Shown here piece after piece: positions 25,518 through 33,210 of a stretch of 38,502 bases of DNA (position 1 is its first letter; each line of letters begins with the position of its first letter). The position numbers and the translations under genes were made by a program. The stretch spans positions 1-38,502 of the IMG/VR virus record IMGVR_UViG_3300022777_000105, one strand, 5' to 3'. Source of the stretch: a virus (lineage: Duplodnaviria > Caudoviricetes). A model generated the notes under the pieces. It was not told the origin of the DNA and did not search any database. It saw only the letters and a program-made list of their open reading frames with translations.

Positions 25518-25936
25518 GCCACTCGACGAACCATCCGCGCGAGTTCGTCGGTTGCCCGGACTGTGGGGCCAGCGCGCCCGACGCCTGGGAGAAGAAGCGG
25601 TCGCTTCCGCAGGTCGGCCAGACCTACGAGTGCGAGAACTGCGGACGCGAGGTCTACATCTACGACGCGGGCGATCCTGGCGAGACGACCAGGCAGTGGC
25701 GACCCGTCACGGACAGCATGGCGACGAACCTGCAGTTCTTCGACGAGGTCGGCGACTGGCCCGACAGCAAGCTCTCAGACCTGTACAAGCAGGGCCTGGA
25801 GCGTATGGAGGCTATCGACTACCGGATTGTCGAAGCCGAGGGCCTGTCGCAAAACGAGTGGGCGCGCCGGACAGAACGGTCGCAACCAACCATCTCCGAG
25901 AACGTTGCGAAAGCAAAGCAGAAACTCGGCGAGTAA
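25514..25936 (+). CDS. zinc-finger plus HTH regulator (cassette 4, gene 2)
   Basis: CPDCG..CENCG and GLSQNEWARRTERSQPTISENVAKA; followed by CTTCTTTT. Confidence 0.7.
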   Translation: MSHSTNHPREFVGCPDCGASAPDAWEKKRSLPQVGQTYECENCGREVYIYDAGDPGETTRQWRPVTDSMATNLQFFDEVGDWPDSKLSDLYKQGLERMEAIDYRIVEAEGLSQNEWARRTERSQPTISENVAKAKQKLGE

Positions 25937-25968
25937 CCTTCTTTTCAGGTCGGTCGGGGCGAACTGCC

Positions 25969-25994
25969 CGCGCCGTAGGACCGGACGGCGACCA
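25969..25994 (+). repeat. degenerate cassette 4 R-type site
   Basis: CGCGCCGTA-GGACCGGA-CGGCGACCA (reads RAVGPDGDQSGG, compare RSLQPGTDRSGG). Confidence 0.35.
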
Positions 25995-26012
25995 GTCGGG
26001 AGGTGACGCCTG

Positions 26013-26582
26013 ATGTCCTCCTCACTCTCCCGCGCCGAGCTGGAGGCGATGGACCACGAGGAGTTGGTTGCGACTGTTGAGTGGTTGCAAGACCGCGTCG
26101 ACGACCTCGAAGCCGAGACCGACCGTCTTGATGCCCTGGTCGTCAAGGCCCACGAGAAACTGCAGGCGGTCGACGAGCTGGCCGGCCGCGTCGACGACCT
26201 CGAAGCCGAGAACGAGCGACTCCGCTCACGAGTCGACGGCGCGGACAGCAAAGACGAGAAGGTGGCGGCGATCGTCGAGCACGCCACCAACCTCCGGGAT
26301 CCTGGCGACCGGGCGGTGAAGCTCACGGCGAAGCACATCAAGGGTGCGACGGGCGTCTCGCGACGCTACGCCTACGACCTGATGGATCCTGCAGACGACA
26401 ACAGCCTGGTCAACCAATACGACTGGATCCTCACGCCTGCAGAGATGCAACAGTACGGCAGCCTGGAGTTGGACCTGAGCGGGCAGCAGAAGTGCATCGC
26501 CATCGACTTTGAAGGAGTTCACAGCGCGGGGTGCCCTGTGAACAAGTTCACCACAGCGGATGGAGGTGAGTCCGGCGAATGA
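26013..26582 (+). CDS. coiled-coil plus HTH protein, candidate replication initiator
   Basis: RVDDLEAE twice, LTAKHIKGATGVSRRYAYDLM; adjacent to iteron-like repeats. Confidence 0.55.
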   Translation: MSSSLSRAELEAMDHEELVATVEWLQDRVDDLEAETDRLDALVVKAHEKLQAVDELAGRVDDLEAENERLRSRVDGADSKDEKVAAIVEHATNLRDPGDRAVKLTAKHIKGATGVSRRYAYDLMDPADDNSLVNQYDWILTPAEMQQYGSLELDLSGQQKCIAIDFEGVHSAGCPVNKFTTADGGESGE

Positions 26583-26751
26583 CGGCCCATTTCGGGAGTG
26601 GTCTTCCACCTCCCTGACACGTGTAGTTAGTTGCGCTTGCAGTACTCTGAAAGCAAGTGTACGGCTACTGGTGAGTGAACCCACTCCCTCGCCTCCATCG
26701 CCAGATGGCGGCGATGTTCACAGGCAATCTCGGTGTGGTGAACAAGTTCAA
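26517..26751. repeat. duplicated GTTCACAG-N13/14-GTGAACAAGTTCA element
   Basis: Copies at 26517-26550 and 26716-26750, with an extra GTGAAC at 26675. Confidence 0.7.
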
Positions 26752-26762
26752 CCCTCGGCTTC

Positions 26763-27146
26763 ATGACACAAACGAAATCAAACGACGATCGGACGGATCA
26801 CGAACAGCGCAAACAGATCTACGAGCGCGTCCTTTCCTGCGTCGATGCACAGACCTCGTCCCAGCAGCCGCCGGGCTGTACGCCCGAACAGGTACGACTC
26901 CATCTGGTCGAACACGGCAACTGTGACGAAGAACCCATCCGGCGGGCCATCCAGGCGGTCCGCGAAAACGGCGACCTGGTGGCATGGCGTGGCCCCGATG
27001 GCGACCGGCGACTGACGCGGGCGACGCCGGCCCGACTCCGCCGGGCGACCCGCTGGCTGGGGGCGCGCACTGACGACGCGACCCCGGCAGTCACGCGGGG
27101 GATGGGCCGACTCAACCGGGCGCTACAGGAGTGTGATCGGGAGTGA
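26763..27146 (+). CDS. hypothetical HTH-like protein
   Basis: 127 aa, IRRAIQAVRENGDL. Confidence 0.55.
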   Translation: MTQTKSNDDRTDHEQRKQIYERVLSCVDAQTSSQQPPGCTPEQVRLHLVEHGNCDEEPIRRAIQAVRENGDLVAWRGPDGDRRLTRATPARLRRATRWLGARTDDATPAVTRGMGRLNRALQECDRE

Positions 27147-27277
27147 CTGACCGCCGCCCGTGGGAATGGCCGGACTGCCCCGAGTGCGGGGGCCATGCCT
27201 ACGTCGCGGGGTCGAACGGCACCGAGGCGTACCTGTGCCACCGCTGTGACCGCCACTTCAATGATGAAGTACGTTGA
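27143..27277 (+). CDS. 44-aa CPxCG microprotein
   Basis: MTDRRPWEWPDCPECGG...YLCHRC. Confidence 0.55.
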   Translation: MTDRRPWEWPDCPECGGHAYVAGSNGTEAYLCHRCDRHFNDEVR

Positions 27278-27458
27278 AGTTCGAATCGGGCAAACTCCGA
27301 AACAGGCCCGATTCTGTCCCGATCTGCCCGGTCGGCCCCGCCGGTCACGGCGGACGGCCAGCAACGAGTCTTCGAATCGTCACGAATCCGGAGAAAAACA
27401 GCCGCATCGACGAGAGCTGCCGCTCACGAACTGCAAGCCCGAGGAAAAGAGTCAGTCG

Positions 27459-29093
27459 CTATCCGTAGTCCACCTTGAGGACCTTCTTGATGAAGTTCCC
27501 AAGTGTGACGGCCCCTCGGTCCTGCGGTCGGTGGTTCGGGAACTCCTCTCTGAGGAACGTCCGCGTGAGCATCCAGCCGTTGTACAGGAGTGTGCTGAGC
27601 CAGAACAAGAAGACGCGGACGCCGTGGTGACGCGACCCGGTACGCGCCATCAGCTTGGTCTTCTTGTCGGCGTAGGAGTTCTCAACACGCCAGCGAAGCT
27701 TGTGGCGTCGGATGATTTCCTCGGCCCCATCCTCGTAGTTGAGTGTTCCGTACGGGCGTCGCGCCTTCCAGAAGATGCTCGGAACCTCATCGAGGTCGAG
27801 CACGTCGGGGTCGTCGCCACCAGTGAAGTCGTCAAGCGACTGTTGTTTGCTGCTGATGACTGTGTCGAAGTCCTTCTTCGTAGCGTTGTTCCAGTCGGGC
27901 TCCGCCACGACGCGCACCTTCTCAGTGAGGTTGTGCTTCGAGGAGGTCAGTGGATAGGGCTCATAGTCGTCGTACCGACCATCCATGGCAGCGAGCGCCC
28001 CCTTGAGTTCCTCAGCACGACGCTTCAGCCGAACCGAGGGGACGATGTCTCGGTCCTTGCAGAACTTCACGATACGGGCCGACGCGAAGTCCGAGTCCAG
28101 GCGGAGCGTCCCGATGGAGCAGTACTGTTCGGCCTGCTCGACGAGACGCGTCACGAGGTCGTACGGCCTGAGGTCTTGCGTGTAGGGCTCGACGGCGGCC
28201 GCGACATCCTTGTCGTGCTCTTCGTCGTGGACAACGAGCGTGGCGAAGTGGAAGCCGTAGGTCGTTCCGTTCTTCGGCTCTCCCTGCCGGTGTCCGTCCG
28301 GCGGGCTGTCCGTGGTCGGCCAGATCGGGATGACCGTGATGTCAACGTAGGCGTCCAGGTCGCCCTGGAGCATCCCGGCACCGGTCGCCGCGTTCAAGAT
28401 GCGGCTGTTGATGCGCTGGAACTCCTCGTGCCAACCGTTGCCGTCGCGCTGCTTGACGGCGTTGAACGCGGTCTTGATGGCGAAGTCGTGGTTGTTCTCG
28501 TCGATGACGTTCGCCGGAGCGTTGCCCTCCTGGCAGGCTTCGAGGAACGGGTCGAGGATGGAACCAGCACCGTATTTCGTGTTGCTGGCCCGGTTGAAGT
28601 CGGTCTCCTCCAGCATAATCGCCTTCACGTGACGGATCTTCTCGTCAATTGCCTCTTCGGGAATCTCCGGCAGCGGCTCGGACCTGCTGTCCGTACTCGG
28701 CGTTTCGAGGTGCGGGCCGAAGAGGTCGTCCGAGAACTTCTGATGGAGGCGGTCGCGGATGTAGTCGGCGTGGCTTTCGAAGAAGGGTTCCATCCCGGTG
28801 AATTGCTCGCGCATGGAGTAGGAGAACGTCGAGTGGTCGGGCACGTCCTCAAGGCCGAGGATATCTCGGATGGACGGGAATCGGTCGAGGTGTTGCTCCA
28901 GCTCGAAATACGAGCGCCCGGTCAGGAGGCGGTAAATGTGCGCCTGCGCGACGGCTTGGGGATTCTCGTCCCCACCACCGTCAAATCCGTCTTCGAGGTC
29001 GTGGCTGAGCGGCCCGGGCTCGTCGGCAATCACCTGCGCGATAGCCTGCTCGCCAAGAAGCGGGTCGAGCGTCGCGCGGGTGGCGGCAGTCAC
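27459..29093 (-). mobile_element. IS4-superfamily (ISH3-like) DDE transposase, 544 aa
   Basis: VDITVIP (D), LRLDSDF (D), HKLRWRVENSYADKK (YREK-like E), N-terminal VPDHSTFS; element ends not resolved. Confidence 0.8.
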
Positions 29094-29179
29094 ACACGAA
29101 GGATGTTCGGACTAATTGATAAATCTTCGGTAGAACATGGCCAGAATTCCACGACCAACAGGACACAAGAGGTGATAGC

Positions 29180-30067
29180 ATGACAAACAGCATTCAGAGC
29201 ATTGAGTCAGGTAAAGCAGTGATGAACTATCCAGGGGCAAAAGCCCGTCTCGCACCCTGGATTATCGACCATCTGCCGGAGCACAACACGTACGTCGAGG
29301 TGTTCGGTGGCTCCGCAGCGGTCTTAGTCCACAAGCCGGAGTCCATCAACGAGGTCTACAACGACATCGACGACGACCTGGTAGAGTTCTTCGAGGTGCT
29401 GCGGGACCGGCGCGACGAGCTGCTCGACTGGCTCCAGCACACGCCATACTCCCGGACACTATACAACCGCTTCGCGGACGCCTACCACGAGGGTGACCGT
29501 GCCGACGACCCTGTGGTTCGTGCTGGCCGCTTCTGGTATCTCGTTCAAGCAGGTTTCAACGGAGACCTCACGAAGCGGAATTCGTTCAGCACATCGACAT
29601 CGGCGCGCGGTTATCCGTGTGATTCGCAGGCCCGGAACTACCACCGCTCCCGTGAGCGTCTTGACGCCTTCGCGGAGCGATTCCAGGCTGTCACTATCGA
29701 ATGCCTCGACTGGCGAGAGGTTATCGACCGTTACGACTCCGCGACAACTGCGTTCTACGTCGATCCGCCGTATCCAGCAGTCCGTTCGGAGGGGTACTAT
29801 CCCCACCACGACCTTGACCACGCCGCGCTCGTTGAGCGATTGACCGAGATCGAAGGTGAGGCCGTCATCTCTTACGGAGAACTACCGGACTGCCCGGATT
29901 CGTGGGAACTCCGCGAGCGAACGGTCACGTCTACGCTGTCACGAGCGAACGGCGAGGACAAGGATTGCCCCGAGAGATTGCTGCTGACCTTCGACCCGGA
30001 CGAGATGCCGTTGTTCCAGTCTGCTCAGCAGCAGACTCTCCAGGCGCTAACGGAGGGCGAAAGATGA
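29180..30067 (+). CDS. Dam-family N6-adenine DNA methyltransferase
   Basis: YPGAK, YVEVFGGSA, EVYNDID, FYVDPPY motifs. Confidence 0.9.
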   Translation: MTNSIQSIESGKAVMNYPGAKARLAPWIIDHLPEHNTYVEVFGGSAAVLVHKPESINEVYNDIDDDLVEFFEVLRDRRDELLDWLQHTPYSRTLYNRFADAYHEGDRADDPVVRAGRFWYLVQAGFNGDLTKRNSFSTSTSARGYPCDSQARNYHRSRERLDAFAERFQAVTIECLDWREVIDRYDSATTAFYVDPPYPAVRSEGYYPHHDLDHAALVERLTEIEGEAVISYGELPDCPDSWELRERTVTSTLSRANGEDKDCPERLLLTFDPDEMPLFQSAQQQTLQALTEGER

Positions 30068-30354
30068 CAGAGAAAAATTCAAACAATGACGTTCGTCAAA
30101 AAACCGGTTCAACGTACGGGATGAGTGAGACACCACTCCCCGACGACTGTACCGACCTCCGACTCTCGGCGCGCTTTGTCTACCGCGAGCTGCAACGCGC
30201 CGACGGCAGCCTGCCGGTCACGACACTCCGCAACCGGATGGCGTGTGACCCCTCGACCATCCGGCGGGCAGTCACGGCACTGGAAGACGCGGACCTCGTC
30301 GAGTCACGCTGGCAGGCGACCGACCCCCGCGTGCGAATCATCGAACTCCGGTAA
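30064..30354 (+). CDS. winged-HTH transcription regulator (possible late regulator)
   Basis: SARFVYREL...STIRRAVTALEDADLVES...DPR. Confidence 0.7.
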   Translation: MTEKNSNNDVRQKTGSTYGMSETPLPDDCTDLRLSARFVYRELQRADGSLPVTTLRNRMACDPSTIRRAVTALEDADLVESRWQATDPRVRIIELR

Positions 30355-30485
30355 CGGCGCGTGCGTATTGCACGGTATCGTGGTTGTTGATAGGTACAAC
30401 TCGCGTACACAGCACAACGAGCGTCCCGACAGCGCCGCGACCAGTTCGTGACCAACCGAGAGTGGGCCACAGCCGTTCCTCTCCC

Positions 30486-30974
30486 ATGACAGCGTTTCAA
30501 GAACTCATTCTCAACGACCCCGCAGTGTGTAACAACTGCCTGGGGCCGATCCGTCGGGAACGCGCACAGACCCAATCGCGCGACCCGCGCAACCCCACCA
30601 GCGTCGAGAAGTCACCGTACACCCGCCACGAACGCCGGACGTCCGTCGAGCACGTCCCCGGTGGCGATGGGTGCACGCAGTCGGTCGCCGTCTTCTGTGA
30701 GTGCGGCGTCGAGTCCGCGTTCATGCGTCTCTGGGACGATGGCGACGACCGCTGCCTTCGGATGGGGCGGTTCAAGGACCTCCTGAAGCGGGCCATCCGC
30801 ACGATGGAAGCCAAAGAGGTGACACTCGACCGGGCGACCGCCGTCCGGCTGGCGTTGCATCACTACCGCGAGGACCACGACGCCAACGACGCACTCGACC
30901 AGGCGTTTGAGGCAGCCATCGAAACGGCCGCAGCGACGAGCGGGCAGAGCAAGACGGCAGCACTGTCGGACTGA
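30486..30974 (+). CDS. zinc-binding hypothetical protein
   Basis: VCNNC...FCECG, 162 aa. Confidence 0.6.
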   Translation: MTAFQELILNDPAVCNNCLGPIRRERAQTQSRDPRNPTSVEKSPYTRHERRTSVEHVPGGDGCTQSVAVFCECGVESAFMRLWDDGDDRCLRMGRFKDLLKRAIRTMEAKEVTLDRATAVRLALHHYREDHDANDALDQAFEAAIETAAATSGQSKTAALSD

Positions 30975-30975
30975 C

Positions 30976-31121
30976 ACAGCGCCGACACGCGAGAGTGGAG
31001 GGCCGACAGCCACACGTCTCCCGGCACCGGAACGCAACGCCATGGGTGGCGGTGTCGGGCCTGCCATCACGCTGGCGTCGGCCCATCCGCCATTCCTCTC
31101 CCCACACACAACGCTGTTTTT
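30976..31121 (+). ncRNA. candidate structured RNA/leader
   Basis: Nested stems ACAGCG/CGCTGT, GAGAG/CTCTC, GGGCCGAC/GTCGGCCC, CCCGGCACC/GGTGTCGGG, ending in a T-run. Confidence 0.4.
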
Positions 31122-31130
31122 CCATACACA

Positions 31131-31331
31131 ATGAGTTCCGAATCCGCGTTTGCATACGACGGTCCACTCAGCACCTACCGCGAGTGGGATGCACTGCTGT
31201 ACGGCATCGCCGCCGGCATCGTGGCCGCAACGACACCCATCCCACGGGACGCCGGCCGGGAACCCTCGAAGGCCATCGCTGGCGTGTTCGTGGGCTACGC
31301 ACTCGCACGGAAGTACATCGGAGGTGGGTGA
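31131..31331 (+). CDS. small two-TM membrane protein
   Basis: ALLYGIAAGIVAA and AIAGVFVGYALA. Confidence 0.6.
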   Translation: MSSESAFAYDGPLSTYREWDALLYGIAAGIVAATTPIPRDAGREPSKAIAGVFVGYALARKYIGGG

Positions 31332-31624
31332 ATGTGGCGTGGCGTCGCCAACTCAGATTCGAGCTGTGGTGTCTCCGACGGGTTGTGAATCCAACCGTGA
31401 ATGGCGGCAACTCTCCCTACGCCAAGATTGCCTATCTCGCGTTTGTGGCTGTGTGGGCTCTCCTGGTCTTGGACCTCACGACAGCCAACCCGCCGCAGTG
31501 GTTGGTCGTTGTGCTGACTGGGCTGAATGGCGTCATCCTGGGGAAGATGTGGGACGTCGAAGTCAAATACTGGATCGAACGCTTCGGCCAAGTCACAATC
31601 ACAGTGGGGGATGACGATGAGTAG
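31328..31624 (+). CDS. two-TM membrane protein (holin-like)
   Basis: GTGA-coupled; IAYLAFVAVWALLVL and WLVVVLTGLNGVIL. Confidence 0.6.
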   Translation: MNVAWRRQLRFELWCLRRVVNPTVNGGNSPYAKIAYLAFVAVWALLVLDLTTANPPQWLVVVLTGLNGVILGKMWDVEVKYWIERFGQVTITVGDDDE

Positions 31625-31976
31625 CGACGACCTCGCCGACGCGGACCTCGAGGCCGCCGCCGACGACGTCGAAGACATCGACGAGGACCGCAGCCGCTGG
31701 GACAAGGCCCCCTACTGGGCGTGGCTCCTCCTGGTGTTCGGTGGCGCGACGGCCATCATCGGGGGCGCCATCGCCACCGGGCGCTTTGACTTTGCCTTCA
31801 CCTTCACCGGCACCGTCGATGCCGGCCAGGCACTTGAGGAACTCCTCGTCTGGGGGGTGCGCATCTTCCTGTTCGTGACGCTGGTCGCAGCGCTGGTGGT
31901 CGCACCGGGGGACTACCTCGCGGCCATCCTGCGGTTTCTGGACGGCATCAGCTACAACACTGATGATGAGGAATGA
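31617..31976 (+). CDS. two-TM membrane protein
   Basis: YWAWLLLVFGGATAIIGGAIA and LLVWGVRIFLFVTLVAALVVA. Confidence 0.65.
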   Translation: MSSDDLADADLEAAADDVEDIDEDRSRWDKAPYWAWLLLVFGGATAIIGGAIATGRFDFAFTFTGTVDAGQALEELLVWGVRIFLFVTLVAALVVAPGDYLAAILRFLDGISYNTDDEE

Positions 31977-32125
31977 CTGACGATCCGGCGACGGCCATCG
32001 CAACGCTTGCGGGACTCACGCTTGTCGTGCTGGGGCTGCTGTACGCGACGCCGTGGGTTGTCGGACTCGGGCTGGCGACGTATGCCGTCATCGCACTCCT
32101 GCTGTACCCAGACACAGGCCCATGA
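31973..32125 (+). CDS. 50-aa two-TM peptide
   Basis: MTDDPATAIATLAGLTLVVLGLLYATPWVVGLGLATYAVIALLLYPDTGP. Confidence 0.6.
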   Translation: MTDDPATAIATLAGLTLVVLGLLYATPWVVGLGLATYAVIALLLYPDTGP

Positions 32126-32481
32126 TGCACCAGGTCAGCAAGGCGACGCCACAGTACGGTCGCAGCACGGCGTCGAGTTCGTCGTCCACCATCGACAAGT
32201 GCGACATCTGGGACCCGATGGACGCCGACACGCATCACCAGTTCGTCTCGGGACAAGTCTACCCCGACGAACACGACGACGCGCCGGATCGGTGGAAGAT
32301 CAAACTCCACCGCGACCCCTTCGACGAGTCGGGTCTGCCGAGCGACGTCACGGGGTATCAGTTGTTTTGCACGGACGCCGACGACGAGACGTACACCGAG
32401 ACCATCCAAGAGTGCAACGCCCGAGCGCGGCACGTCTATCTGTACATCCCACAGGAGTCCCCGGCGATTTTCATTCCATGA
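32122..32481 (+). CDS. soluble hypothetical protein
   Basis: 119 aa, ATGA-coupled on both sides. Confidence 0.55.
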   Translation: MMHQVSKATPQYGRSTASSSSSTIDKCDIWDPMDADTHHQFVSGQVYPDEHDDAPDRWKIKLHRDPFDESGLPSDVTGYQLFCTDADDETYTETIQECNARARHVYLYIPQESPAIFIP

Positions 32482-32573
32482 CCGGTCCCCGACGCGACGC
32501 CCGCGCCGTCCGCTGGCTCGTCCGCACACTGCCCCTGGCGGCACTGCTTGGCGTGCTGGTGGTGGCGCTGTGA
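32478..32573 (+). CDS. 31-aa single-TM peptide
   Basis: MTGPRRDARAVRWLVRTLPLAALLGVLVVAL. Confidence 0.45.
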   Translation: MTGPRRDARAVRWLVRTLPLAALLGVLVVAL

Positions 32574-32586
32574 CCGTCTTTCGTGT

Positions 32587-32686
32587 GGGTCGCTCGGTGC
32601 CGCCAACAACCCCCTGCGGTGCCGATAGCCACCCGAGTCGGGCGGTTTTCCACGGGGTTTCCTCGCCCGACGAGGCGACGCGGCCC
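32587..32686 (+). ncRNA. candidate structured RNA upstream of terS
   Basis: Two hairpins (10 bp with two G-U pairs; 8 bp perfect) closed by GGGTCGC/GCGGCCC. Confidence 0.35.
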
Positions 32687-32709
32687 CCATACCGGTATCA
32701 CGAGTATCA

Positions 32710-33210
32710 ATGACTGATGATGACATCTGCGGCTACGAGGGGACAACGACGGGTAAGCCATGCCAGCACCCGGCCGGTTCGTGCCCCGTCCCGTCGCACG
32801 CCGATGAAACTGCCGACAACCCACAGGGGCGTGACTTTTCACTATCCGATGACGACCACGAAGCCATCTTGAACGCGGCCCGCCAAGGCTTTTCAGAAAC
32901 CGGTTGTGCGCGGGCTGCTGGCGTTTCGTGGCCAGAGTTAGACCGTTACCTACAAGCCCACCCTGAATTCCGTAGCGCCTTCAGACGCGCGCGGCACGAA
33001 GGCGAGAAAACACTGGTCCGCGGCCCTCTCATCAACAACCCAAACGAGATGGACCCAAGCGCAACTGAGATTGATGGGCAACACGCCCGCTTCTTGCTGG
33101 CATCTTCGTTTGACTACAAGAAAACTGAGACGCGGGAGGTGACTGGCGAGGATGGCGCCCCCATTGCAGTCACATCAGACGTCGTTGAAGTCACGGAGTC
33201 AGACGAGTGA
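32710..33210 (+). CDS. terS: terminase small subunit
   Basis: HTH (GFSETGCARAAGVSW), C-terminal EVTGEDGAPI; directly upstream of TerL. Confidence 0.8.
   Translation: MTDDDICGYEGTTTGKPCQHPAGSCPVPSHADETADNPQGRDFSLSDDDHEAILNAARQGFSETGCARAAGVSWPELDRYLQAHPEFRSAFRRARHEGEKTLVRGPLINNPNEMDPSATEIDGQHARFLLASSFDYKKTETREVTGEDGAPIAVTSDVVEVTESDE

Noticed and set aside
27195-29183. 662-aa plus-strand ORF
   Set aside because: Antisense shadow of the transposase; no motifs, typical of GC-rich DNA
29180-30067. Complete restriction-modification system
   Set aside because: No cognate endonuclease nearby; treated as an orphan methyltransferase of unknown specificity
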